Below, piece after piece: positions 14,431 to 26,870 of a DNA stretch of 64,000 nucleotides (its first letter is position 1; each line of letters starts with the position of its first letter). The stretch covers positions 47,492,001 through 47,556,000 of the forward strand of contig OZ024744.1 in assembly GCA_964016885.1 (NCBI GenBank), read 5' to 3'. Source of the DNA: Eledone cirrhosa (taxonomy: Eukaryota). A program made the translations under genes and the position numbers. The notes beneath the pieces are model-generated. The model saw only the letters and a list, made by a program, of their open reading frames with translations. It did not search any database and was not told the DNA's origin.

Positions 14431-17400
14431 GGGCTGGGTGCTTTTTGCTGGGTCTTTCACATGTCCAGTTTACAGTGTGGGCTGGGTGCTTTTTTCTGTG
14501 TCTTTCACATGTCCACTTTATAGTGTGGGCTGGGTGCTTTTTTCAGTGTCTTTCACACGTCCACTTCACAGTGTGGGCTGGGTGCTTTTTGCTGTGTCTT
14601 TCACATGTCCACTTTACAGTGTGGGCTGTGTGCTTTTTGCTGTGTCTTTCACACGTCCACTTTACAGTATGGGCTGGGTGCTTTTTGCTGTGTCTTTCAC
14701 ATGTCCAGTTTACAGTGTGGGCTGGGTGCCTTTTGCAGTGTCTTTCACATGTCCACTTTACAGTGTGGGCTGGGTGCTTTTTGCTGTGTCTTTCACACGT
14801 CCAATTTACAGTGTGGGGTGGGTGCTTTTTGCGGTGTCTTTCACACGTCCACTTTACAGTGTGGGCTGGGTGCTTTTTGCTGTGTCTTTCACACGTCCAC
14901 TTTACAGTGTGGGCTGCGCGCTTTTTGCTGTGTCTTTCACATGTCCACTTTACAGTGTGGGCTGGGTGCTTTTTGCAGTGTCTTTCACACGTCCACTTTA
15001 GAGTTTGGGCTGCGTGCTTTTTGCTGTGTCTTTCACATGTCCACTTTACAGTGCGGGCTGGGTGCTTTTTGCTGTGTCTTTCACATGTCCACTTTACAGT
15101 GTGGGCTGGGTGCTTTTTGCTGAGTCTTTCACATGTCCACTTTACAGTGTGGGCTGGGTGCTTTTTGCAGTGTCTTTCACACGTCCACTTTACAGTGTGG
15201 GCTGGGTGCTTTTTGCTGTGTCTTTCACATGTCCACTTTACAGTGTGGGCTAGGTGCTTTTTGCTGTGTCTTTCACTTGTCCACTTTACAGTGTGGGCTA
15301 TGTGCTTTTTGCTGTGTCTTTCACATGTCCACTTTACAATGTGGGCTGGGTGCTTTTTGCTGTGCCTTTCACATGTCCACTTTACAGTGTGGGCTGGGTG
15401 GTTGTTGCTGTGTCTTTCTCACGTCCACTTTACAGTTTGGGCTGCGTGCTTTTTGCTGTCTCTTTCACATGTCCACTTTACAGTGTGGGCTGGGTGCTTT
15501 TTGCTGTGTCTTTCACATGTCCACTTTACAATGTGGGCTGGGTGCTTTTTGCTCTGTCTTTCACATATCCACTTTACAGTGTGGATTGGGTGCTTTTTGC
15601 AGTGTCTTTCACACGTCCACGTTACAGTGTGGGCTGGGTGCTTTTTGCTGTGTCTTTCACATGTCCACTTTATAGTGTGAGCTGGGTGCTTTTTGCAGTG
15701 TCTTTCACACGTCCTCTTTACAGTGTGGGCTGGGTGCTTTTTGCTGTGTCTTTCACATGTCCACTTTACAGTGTGGGCTGCGTGCTTTTTGCTGTGTCTT
15801 TCACATGTCCACTTTACAGTGCGGGCTGGGTGCTTTTTCCTGTGGCTTTCACATGTCCACTTTACAGTGTGGGCTGGGTGCTTTTTGCTGTGTCTTTCAC
15901 ACGTCCACTTTACAGTATGGGCTGGGTGCTTTTTGCTGTGTCTTTCACACGTCCACTTTACAGTGTGGGCTGGGTGCTTTCTGCTGTGTCTTTCACATGT
16001 CCACTTTACAATGTGGGCTGGGTGCTTTTTGCTGTGTCTTTCACACGTCCACTTTACAGTGTGGGGTGGGTGCTTTTTGCTGTGTCTTTAACATGTCCAC
16101 TTTACAGTGTCGGCTGGGTCATTTTTTTTGTGTGTTTCACATGTCCACTTTACAGTGTGGGCTGGGTGCTTTTTACAGTGTCTTTCACATGTCCACTTTA
16201 CAGTGTGGGCTGTGTTCTTTTTGCTGTGTCTTTCACATGTCCACTTTACAGTGTGGGCTGGGTGCTTTTTGCTGTGTCTTTCACACGTCCACTTTACAGT
16301 GTGGGCTGGGTGCTTTTTGCAGTGTCTTTCACACGTCCACTTTACAGTGTGGGCTGGGTGCTTTTTGCTGTGTCTTTCACATGTCCACTTTACAGTGTGG
16401 GTTGGGTGCTTTTGCTGTGTCTTTCACTTGTCCATTTTACAGTGTGGGCTGTGTGCATTTTGCTGTGTCTTTCACATGTCCACTTTACAATGTGGGCTGT
16501 GTGCTTTTTGCTATGCCTTTCACATGTCCACTTTACAGTGTGGGCTGGGTGGTTGTTGCTGTGTCTTTCTCACGTCCACTATACAGTGTGGGCTGGGTGC
16601 TTTTTGCAGTGTCTTTCACATGTCCACTTTACAGTGTGGGCTGGGTGCTTTTTGCTGTGTCTTTAACATGTCCACTTTACAATGTCGGCTGGGTGATTTT
16701 TGCTGTGTCTTTCACATGTCAACTTTACAGTGTGGGCTGGGTGCTTTTTACAGTGTCTTTCACGCGTCCACTTTACAGTGTGGGCTGGGTGCTTTTTGCT
16801 GTGTCTTTCACATGTCCACTTTACAGTGTGGGCTGGGTGCTTTTTGCTGTGTCTTTCACATGTCCAGTTTACAGTGTGGGCTGGGTGCTTTTTGCTGTGT
16901 CTTTCACATGTCCACTTTATAGTGTGGGCTGGGTGCTTTTTTCAGTGTCTTTCACACGTCCACTTCACAGTGTGGGCTGGGTGCTTTTTGCTGTGTCTTT
17001 CACATGTCCACTTTACAGTGTGGGCTGGGTGCTTTTTGCTGTGTCTTTCACACGTCCACTTTACAGTATGGGCTGGGTGCTTTTTGCTGTGTCTTTCACA
17101 TGTCCAGTTTACAGTGTGGGCTGGGTGCCTTTTGCAGTGTCTTTCACATGTCCACTTTACAGTGTGGGCTGGGTGCTTTTTGCTGTGTCTTTCACACGTC
17201 CACTTTACAGTGTGGGGTGGGTGCTTTTTGCGGTGTCTTTCACACGTCCACTTTACAGTGTGGGCTGGGTGCTTTTTGCTGTGTCTTTCACACGTCCACT
17301 TTACAGTGTGGGCTGCGCGCTTTTTGCTGTGTCTTTCACATGTCCACTTTACAGTGTGGGCTGGGTGCTTTTTGCAGTGTCTTTCACACGTCCACTTTAG

Positions 17401-19310
17401 AGTTTGGGCTGCGTGCTTTTTGCTGTGTCTTTCACATGTCCACTTTACAGTGCGGGCTGGGTGCTTTTTGCTGTGTCTTTCACATGTCCACTTTACAGTG
17501 TGGGCTGGGTGCTTTTTGCTGTGTCTTTCACACGTCCACTTTACAGTATGGGCTGGGTGCTTTTTGCTGTGTCTTTCACACGTCCACTTTACAGTGTGGG
17601 CTTGGTGCTATTTGCTGTGTCTTTCACATGTCCACTTTACAATGTGGGCTGGGTGCTTTTTGCTGTGTCTTTCACATGTCCACTTTACAGTGTGGGCTGG
17701 GTGCTTGTTGCTGTGTCTTTCTAACGTCCACTTTACAGTGTGGGCTGGGTGCTTTTTGCTGAGTCTTTCACATGTCCACTTTACAGTGTGGGCTGGGTGC
17801 TTTTTGCAGTGTCTTTCACACGTCCACTTTACAGTGTGGGCTGGGTGCTTTTTGCTGTGTCTTTCACTTGTCCATTTTACAGTGTGGGCTGTGTGCATTT
17901 TGCTGTGTCTTTCACATGTCCACTTTACAATGTGGGCTGTGTGCTTTTTGCTATGCCTTTCACATGTCCACTTTACAGTGTGGGCTGGGTGGTTGTTGCT
18001 GTGTCTTTCTCACGTCCACTTTACAGTGTGGGCTGGGTGCTTTTTGCTGTGTCTTTCGCACCTCAACTTTACAGTGTGGGCTGGGTGCTTTTTGCAGTGT
18101 CTTTCACATGTCCACTTTACAGTGTGGGCTGGGTGCTTTTTGCTGTGTCTTTAACATGTCCACTTTACAGTGTCGGCTGGGTGATTTTTGCTGTGTCTTT
18201 CACATGTCAACTTTACAGTGTGGGCTGGGTGCTTTTTACCGTGTCTTTCACGCGTCCACTTTACAGTGTGGGCTGGGTGCTTTTTGCTGTGTCTTTCACA
18301 TGTCCACTTTACAGTGTGGGCTGGGTGCTTTTTGCTGTGTCTTTCACATGTCCACTTTATAGTGTGGGCTGGGTGCTTTTTTCAGTGTCTTTCACACGTC
18401 CACTTCACAGTGTGGGCTGGGTGCTTTTTGCTGTGTCTTTCACATGTCCACTTTACAGTGTGGGCTGGGTGCTTTTTGCTGTGTCTTTCACACGTCCACT
18501 TTACAGTATGGGCTGGGTGCTTTTTGCTGTGTCTTTCACATGTCCAGTTTACAGTGTGGGCTGGGTGCCTTTTGCAGTGTCTTTCACATGTCCACTTTAC
18601 AGTGTGGGCTGGGTGCTTTTTGCTGTGTCTTTCACACGTCCACTTTACAGTGTGGGGTGGGTGCTTTTTGCGGTGTCTTTCACACGTCCACTTTACAGTG
18701 TGGGCTGGGTGCTTTTTGCTGTGTCTTTCACACGTCCACTTTACAGTGTGGGCTGCGCGCTTTTTGCTGTGTCTTTCACATGTCCTCTTTACAGTGTGGG
18801 CTGGGTGCTTTTTGCAGTGTCTTTCACACGTCCACTTTAGAGTTTGGGCTGCGTGCTTTTTGCTGTGTCTTTCACATGTCCACTTTACAGTGCGGGCTGG
18901 GTGCTTTTTGCTGTGTCTTTCACATGTCCACTTTACAGTGTGGGCTGGGTGCTTTTTGCTGTGTCTTTCACACGTCCACTTTACAGTATGGGCTGGGTGC
19001 TTTTTGCTGTGTCTTTCACACGTCCACTTTACAGTGTGGGCTTGGTGCTATTTGCTGTGTCTTTCACATGTCCACTTTACAATGTGGGCTGGGTGCTTTT
19101 TGCTGTGTCTTTCACATGTCCACTTTACAGTGTGGGCTGGGTGCTTGTTGCTGTGTCTTTCTAACGTCCACTTTACAGTGTGGGCTGGGTGCTTTTTGCT
19201 GAGTCTTTCACATGTCCACTTTACAGTGTGGGCTGGGTGCTTTTTGCAGTGTCTTTCACACGTCCACTTTACAGTGTGGGCTGGGTGCTTTTTGCTGTGT
19301 CTTTCACATG
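14270..19310 (+). repeat. Three related blocks (offsets 2,399 bp and 1,440-1,488 bp)
   Basis: The shared marker CACTTCACAG (heptamer CACAGTG at 14567, 16966, 18406) recurs together with GCTGCGCGC and TTTAGAGTTTGGG. ORF pairs: 14301/16700 (2399 = 50x48-1), 17004/18444 and 17404/18844 (1440 = 30x48). Confidence 0.85.
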
Positions 19311-22300
19311 TCCACTTTACAGTGTGGGCTATGTGCTTTTTGCTGTGTCTTTCACATGTCCACTTTACAATGTGGGCTGGGTGCTTTTTGCTGTGCCTTT
19401 CACATGTCCACTTTACAGTGTGGGCTGGGTGGTTGTTGCTGTGTCTTTCTCACGTCCAGTTTACAGTTTGGGCTGCGTGCTTTTTGCTGTCTCTTTCACA
19501 TGTCCACTTTACAGTGTGGGCTGGGTGCTTTTTGCTGTGTCTTTCACATGTCCACTTTACAATGTGGGCTGGGTGCTTTTTGCTCTGTCTTTCACATATC
19601 CTCTTTACAGTGTGGATTGGGTGCTTTTTGCAGTGTCTTTCACACGTCCACGTTACAGTGTGGGCTGGGTGCTTTTTGCTGTGTCTTTCACATGTCCACT
19701 TTATAGTGTGAGCTGGGTGCTTTTTGCAGTGTCTTTCACACGTCCTCTTTACAGTGTGGGCTGGGTGCTTTTTGCTGTGTCTTTCACATGTCCACTTTAC
19801 AGTGTGGGCTGCGTGCTTTTTGCTGTGTCTTTCACATGTCCACTTTACAGTGCGGGCTGGGTGCTTTTTCCTGTGGCTTTCACATGTCCACTTTACAGTG
19901 TGGGCTGGGTGCTTTTTGCTGTGTCTTTCACACGTCCACTTTACAGTATGGGCTGGGTGCTTTTTGCTGTGTCTTTCACACGTCCACTTTACAGTGTGGG
20001 CTGGGTGCTTTCTGCTGTGTCTTTCACATGTCCACTTTACAACGTGGGCTGGGTGCTTTTTGCTGTGTCTTTCACACGTCCACTTTACAGTGTGGGGTGG
20101 GTGCTTTTTGCTGTGTCTTTCACACGTCCACTTTACAGTGTGGGCTGCGTGCTTTTTGCTGTGTCTTTCACATGTCCACTTTACAGTGCGGGCTGGGTGC
20201 TTTTTGCTGTGGCTTTCATATGTCCACTTTACAGTGTGGGCTGTGTGCTTTTTGCTGTGTCTTTCACACGTCCACTTTACAGTATGGGCTGGGTGCTTTT
20301 TGCTGTGTCTTTCACACGTCCACTTTACAGTGTGGGCTGGGTGCTTTTTGCTGTGTCTTTCACATGTCCACTTTACAATGTGGGCTGGGTGCTTTTTGCT
20401 GTGTCTTTCACATGTCCACTTCACAGTGTGGGCTGTGTGCTTGTTGCTGTGTCTTTCTCACGTCCACTTTACAGTGTGGGCTGGGTGCTTTTTGCTGTGT
20501 CTTTCACATGTCCACTTTACAATGTGGGCTGGGTGCTTTTTGCAGTGTCTTTCACACGTCCACTTTACAGTGTGGGCTGGGTGCTTTTTGCTGTGTCTTT
20601 CACATGTCCACTTTACAGTGTGGGCTAGGTGCTTTTTGCTGTGTCTTTCACTTGTCCACTTTACAGTGTGGGTTGTGTGCTTTTTGCTGTGTCTTTAACA
20701 TGTCCACTTTACAATGTGGGCTGGGTGCTTTTTGCTGTGCCTTTCACATGTCCACTTTACAGTGTGGGCTGGGTGGTTGTTGCTGTGTCTTTCTCATGTC
20801 CACTTTACAGTGTGGGCTGGGTGCTTTTTGCAGTGTCTTTCACACGTCCACTTTACAGTGTGGGCTGCGTGCTTTTTGCTGTGTCTTTCACATGTCCACT
20901 TTACAGTGCGGGCTGGGTGCTTTTTGCTGTGTCTTTCACATGTCCACTTTACAGTGTGGGCTGGGTGCTTTTTGCTGTGTCTTTCACACGTCCACTTTAC
21001 AGTACGGGCTGGGTGCTTTTTGCTGTGTCTTTCACACGTCCACTTTACAGTGTGGGCTTGGTGCTATTTGCTGTGTCTTTCACATGTCCACTTTACAATG
21101 TGGGCTGGGTGCTTTTTGCTGTGTCTTTCACATGTCCACTTTACAGTGTGGGCTGGGTGCTTGTTGCTGTGTCTTTCTAACGTCCACTTTACAGTGTGGG
21201 CTGGGTGCTTTTTGCTGAGTCTTTCACATGTCCACTTTACAGTGTGGGCTGGGTGCTTTTTGCAGTGTCTTTCACTCGTCCACTTTACAGTGTGGGCTGG
21301 GTGCTTTTTGCTGTGTCTTTCACATGTCCACTTTACAGTGTGGGCTAGGTGCTTTTTGCTGTGTCTTTCACTTGTCCACTTTACAGTGTGGGCTGTGTGC
21401 TTTTTGCTGTGTCTTTCACATGTCCACTTTACAATGTGGGCTGGGTGCTTTTTGCTGTGCCTTTCACATGTCCACTTTACAGTGTGGGCTGGGTGGTTGT
21501 TGCTGTGTCTTTCTCACGTCCACTTTACAGTTTGGGCTGCGTGCTTTTTGCTGTCTCTTTCACATGTCCACTTTACAGTGTGGGCTGGGTGCTTTTTGCT
21601 GTGTCTTTCACATGTCCACTTTACAATGTGGGCTGGGTGCTTTTTGCTCTGTCTTTCACATATCCACTTTACAGTGTGGATTGGGTGCTTTTTGCAGTGT
21701 CTTTCACACGTCCACGTTACAGTGTGGGCTGGGTGCTTTTTGCTGTGTCTTTCACATGTCCACTTTATAGTGTGAGCTGGGTGCTTTTTGCAGTGTCTTT
21801 CACACGTCCTCTTTACAGTGTGGGCTGGGTGCTTTTTGCTGTGTCTTTCACATGTCCACTTTACAGTGTGGGCTGGGTGATTTTTGCAGTGTCTTTCACA
21901 CGTCCTCTTTACAGTGTGGGCTGGGTGCTTTTTGCTGTGTCTTTCACATGTCCACTTTACAATGTGGGCTGGGTGCTTTTTGCTGTGTCTTTCACATGTC
22001 CACTTTACAATGTGGGCTGCGTGCTTTTTGCTGTGTCTTTCACATATCCACTTTACAGTGCGGGCTGGGTGCTTTTTCCTGTGGCTTTCACATGTCCACT
22101 TTACAGTGTGGGCTGGGTGCTTTTTGCTGTGTCTTTCACACGTCCACTTTACAGTATGGGCTGGGTGCTTTTTGCTGTGTCTTTCACACGTCCACTTTAC
22201 AGTATGGGCTGGGTGCTTTCTGCTGTGTCTTTCACATGTCCACTTTACAATGTGGGCTGGGTGCTTTTTGCTGTGTCTTTCACATGTCCACTTTACAGTG

Positions 22301-24749
22301 TGGGCTGGGTGCTTGTTGCTGTGTCTTTCTCACGTCCACATTACAGTGTGGGCTGGGTGCTTTTTGCTGTGTCTTTCACATGTCCACTTTACAGAGTGGG
22401 CTGGGTGCTTTTTGCAGTGTCTTTCACACGTCCACTTTACAGTGTGGGCTGGGTGCTTTTTCCTGTGTCTTTCACATGTCCTCTTTACAGTGTGGGCTAG
22501 GTGCTTTTTGCTGTGTCTTTCACTTGTCCACTTTACAGTGTGGGCTTGGTGCTTTTTGCTGTGTCTTTCACATGTCCACTTTACAGTGTGGGCTGGGTGC
22601 TTGTTGCTGTGTCTTTCTCACGTCCACTTTACAGTGTGGGCTGGGTGCTTTTTGCTGAGTCTTTCACATGTCCACTTTACAGTGTGGGCTGGGTGCTTTT
22701 TGCTGTGTCTTTCACATTTCCACTTTACAGTGTGGGCTAGGTGCTTTTTGCTGTGTTTTTCACTTGTCCACTTTACAGTGTGAGCTGTGTGCTTTTTGCT
22801 GTGTCTTTCACATGTCCAATTTACAATGTGGGCTGGGTGCTTTTTGCTGTGCCTTTCACATGTCCACTTTACAGTGTGGGCTGGGTGGTTGTTGCTGTGT
22901 CTTTCTCACGTCCACTTTACAGTGTGGGCTGGGTGCTTTTTGCTGTGTCTTTCACACGTCCACTTTACAGTGTGGGCTGCGTGCTTTTTGCTGTGTCTTT
23001 CACATGTCCACTTTACAGTGTGGGTTGGGTGCTTTTTGCAGTGTCTTTCACACGTCCACTTTACAGTGTGGGCTGGGTGCTTTTTGCTGTGTCTTTCACA
23101 TATCCACTTTACAGTGTGGGCTGGGTGCTTTTTGCAGTGTCTTTCACACGTCCACTTTACAGTGTGGGCTGGGTGCTTTTTGCTGTGTGTTTAACATGTC
23201 CACTTTACAGTGTGGGCTAGGTGCTTTTTGCTGTGTCTTTCACTTGTCCACTTTACAGTGTGGGCTGTGTGCTTTTTGCTGTGTCTTTCACATGTCCACT
23301 TTACAATGTGGGCTGGGTGCTTTTTGCTGTGCCTTTCACATGTCCACTTTACAGTGTGGGCTGGGTGGTTGTTGCTGGGTCTTTCTCATGTCCACTTTAC
23401 AGTGTGGGCTGGGTGCGTTTTGCTGTGTCTTTCACACGTCCACTTTACAGTGTGGGCTGCGTACTTTTTGCTGTGTCTTTCACATGTCCACTTTACAGTG
23501 TGGGCTGGGTGCTTTTTGCAGTGTCTTTCACACGTCCACTTTACAGTGTGGGTTGCGTGCTTTTTGCTGTGTCTTTCACATGTCCACTTTACAGTGCGGG
23601 CTGGGTGCTTTTTGCTGTTTCTTTCACATGTCCACTTTACAGTGTGGGCTGGGTGCTTTTTGCTGTGTCTTTCACACGTCCACTTTACAGTGTGGGCTGG
23701 GTGCTTTTTGCTGTGTCTTTCACACGTCCACTTTACAGTGTGGGCTTGGTGCTTTTTGCTGTGTCTTTCACATGTCCACTTTACAATGTGGGCTGGGTGC
23801 TTTTTGCTGTGTCTTTCACATGTCCACTTTACAGTGTGGGCTGGGTGCTTGTCGCTGTGTCTTTCTCACGTCCACTTTACAGTGTGGGCTGGGTGCTTTT
23901 TGCTGAGTCTTTCACATGTCCACTTTACAGTGTGGGCTGGGTGCTTTTTGCAGTGTCTTTCACACGTCCACCTTACAGTGTAGGATTGGTGCTTTTTGCT
24001 GTGTCTTTCACATGTCCACTTTACAGTGTGGGCTAGGTGCTTTTTGCTGTGTCTTTCACTTGTCCACTTTACAGTGTGAGCTGTGTGCTTTTTGCTGTGT
24101 CTTTCACATGTCCACTTTACAATGTGGGCTGGGTGTTTTTTGCTGTGCCTTTCACATGTCCACTTTACAGTGTGGGATGGGTGGTTGTTGCTGTGTCTTT
24201 CTCACGTCCACTTTACAGTGTGGGCTGGGTGCTTTCTGCTGTGTCTTTCACATGTCCACTTTACAATGTGGGCTGGGTGCTTTTTGCTGTGTCTTTCACA
24301 TGTCCACTTTACAGTGTGGGCTGGGTGCTTGTTGCTGTGTCTTTCTCACGTCCACATTACAGTGTGGGCTGGGTGCTTTTTGCTGTGTCTTTCACATGTC
24401 CACTTTACAGTGTGGGCTGGGTGCTTTTTGCAGTGTCTTTCACACGTCCACTTTACAGTGTGGGCTGGGTGCTTTTTCCTGTGTCTTTCACATGTCCACT
24501 TTACAGTGTGGGCTAGGTGCTTTTTGCTGTGTCTTTCACTTGTCCACCTTACAGTGTGGGCTTGGTGCTTTTTGCTGTGTCTTTCACATGTCCACTTTAC
24601 AATGTGGGCTGGGTGCTTTTTGCTGTGTCTTTCACATGTCCACTTTACAGTGTGGGCTGTGTGCTTGTTGCTGTGTCTTTCTCACGTCCACTTTACAGTG
24701 TGGGCTGGGTGCTTTTTGCTGAGTCTTTCACATGTCCACTTTACAGTGT

Positions 24750-26870
24750 GGGCTGGGTGCTTTTAGCTGTGTCTTTCACTTGTCCACTTTACAGTGTGAA
24801 CTGTGTGCTTTTTGCTGTCTTTCACATGTCCACTTTACAATGTGGGCTGGGTGCTTTTTGCTGTGCCTTTCACATGTCCACTTTACAGTGTGGGCTGGGT
24901 GGTTGTTGCTGTGTCTTTCTTACGTCCACTTTACAGTGTGGGCTGCGTGCTTTTTGCTGTGTCTTTCACATGTCCACTTTACAGTGTGGGCTGGGTGCGT
25001 TTTGCAGTGTCTTTCACACGTCCACTTTACAGTGTGGGCTGGGTGCTTTTTGCTGTGTCTTTCACATATCCACTTTACAGTGTGGGCTGGGTGCTTTTTG
25101 CAGTGTCTTTCACACGTCCACTCTACAGTGTGGGCTGGGTGCTTTTTGCTGTGTCTTTAACATGTCCACTTTACAGTGTGATATGTGTGCTTTTTGCTGT
25201 GTCTTTCACATGTCCACTTTACAATGTGGGCTGGGTGCTTTTTGCTGTGCCTTTCACATGTCCACTTTACAGTGTGGGCTGGGTGGTTGTTGCTGTGTTT
25301 TTCTCATGTCCACTTTACAGTGTGGGCTGGGTGCGTTTTGCTGTGTCTTTCACACGTCCACTTTACAGTGTGGGCTGCGTGCTTTTTGCTGTGTCTTTCA
25401 CATGTCCACTTTACACTGTGGGCTGGGTGCTTTTTGCAGTGTCTTTCACACGTCCACTTTACAGTGTGGGCTGCGTGCTTTTTGCTGTGTCTTTCACATG
25501 TCCACTTTACAGTGCGGGCTGGGTGCTTTTTGCTGTTTCTTTCACATGTCCACTTTACAGTGTGGGCTGGGTGCTTTTTGCTGTGTCTTTCACACGTCCA
25601 CTTTACAGTATGGGCTGGGTGCTTTTTGCTGTGTCTTTCACACGTCCACTTTACAGTGTGGGCTTGGTGCTTTTTGCTGTGTCTTTCACATGTCCACTTT
25701 ACAATGTGGGCTGGGTGCTTTTGCTGTGTCTTTCACATGTCCACTTTACAGTGTGGGCTGGGTGCTTGTCGCTGTGTCTTTCTCACGTCCACTTTACAGT
25801 GTGGGCTGGGTGCTTTTAGCTGTGTCTTTCACTTGTCCACTTTACAGTGTGAGCTGTGTGCTTTTTGCTGTGTCTTTCACATGTCCACTTTACAATGTGG
25901 GCTGTGTGCTTTTTGCTGTGCCTTTCACATGTCCACTTTACAGTGTGGGCTGGGTGGTTTTTGCTGTGTCTTTCTTACGTCCACTTTACAGTGTGGGCTG
26001 CGTGCTTTTTGCTGTGTCTTTCACATGTCCACTTTACAGTGTGGGCTGGGTGCGTTTTGCAGTGTCTTTCACACGTCCACTTTACAGTGTGGGCTGGGTG
26101 CTTTTTGCTGTGTCTTTCACATATCCAATTTACAGTGTGGGCTGGGTGCTTTTTGCAGTGTCTTTCACACGTCCACTTTACAGTGTGGGCTGGGTGCTTT
26201 TTGCTGTGTCTTTAACATGTCCACTTTACAGTGTGGGCTGTGTGCTTTTTGCTGTGTCTTTCACATGTCCACTTTACAATGTGGGCTGGGTGCTTTTTGC
26301 TGTGCCTTTCACATGTCCACTTTACAGTGTGGGCTGGGTGGTTGTTGCTGTGTTTTTCTCATGTCCACTTTACAGTGTGGGCTGGGTGCGTTTTGCTGTG
26401 TCTTTCACACGTCCACTTTACAGTGTGGGCTGCGTGCTTTTTGCTGTGTCTTTCACATGTCCACTTTACACTGTGGGCTGGGTGCTTTTTGCAGTGTCTT
26501 TCACACGTCCACTTTACAGTGTGGGCCGCGTGCTTTTTGCTGTGTCTTTCACATGTCCACTTTACAGTGCGGGCTGGGTGCTTTTTGCTGTTTCTTTCAC
26601 ATGTCCACTTTACAGTGTGGGCTGGGTGCTTTTTGCTGTGTCTTTCACACGTCCACTTTACAGTATGGGCTGGGTGCTTTTTGCTGTGTCTTTCACACGT
26701 CCACTTTACAGTGTGGGCTTGGTGCTTTTTGCTGTGTCTTTCACATGTCCACTTTACAATGTGGGCTGGGTGCTTTTGCTGTGTCTTTCACATGTCCACT
26801 TTACAGTGTGGGCTGGGTGCTTGTCGCTGTGTCTTTCTCACGTCCACTTTACAGTGTGGGCTGGGTGCTT
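24750..26870 (+). repeat. 22-monomer (1,055 bp) tandem duplication
   Basis: Markers TTTTAGCTG (~24761/~25814), TTTACACTGTG (heptamer at 25414/26469, offset 1055 = 22x48-1) and a 4-T 47-bp monomer (~25718/~26773). Confidence 0.85.
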
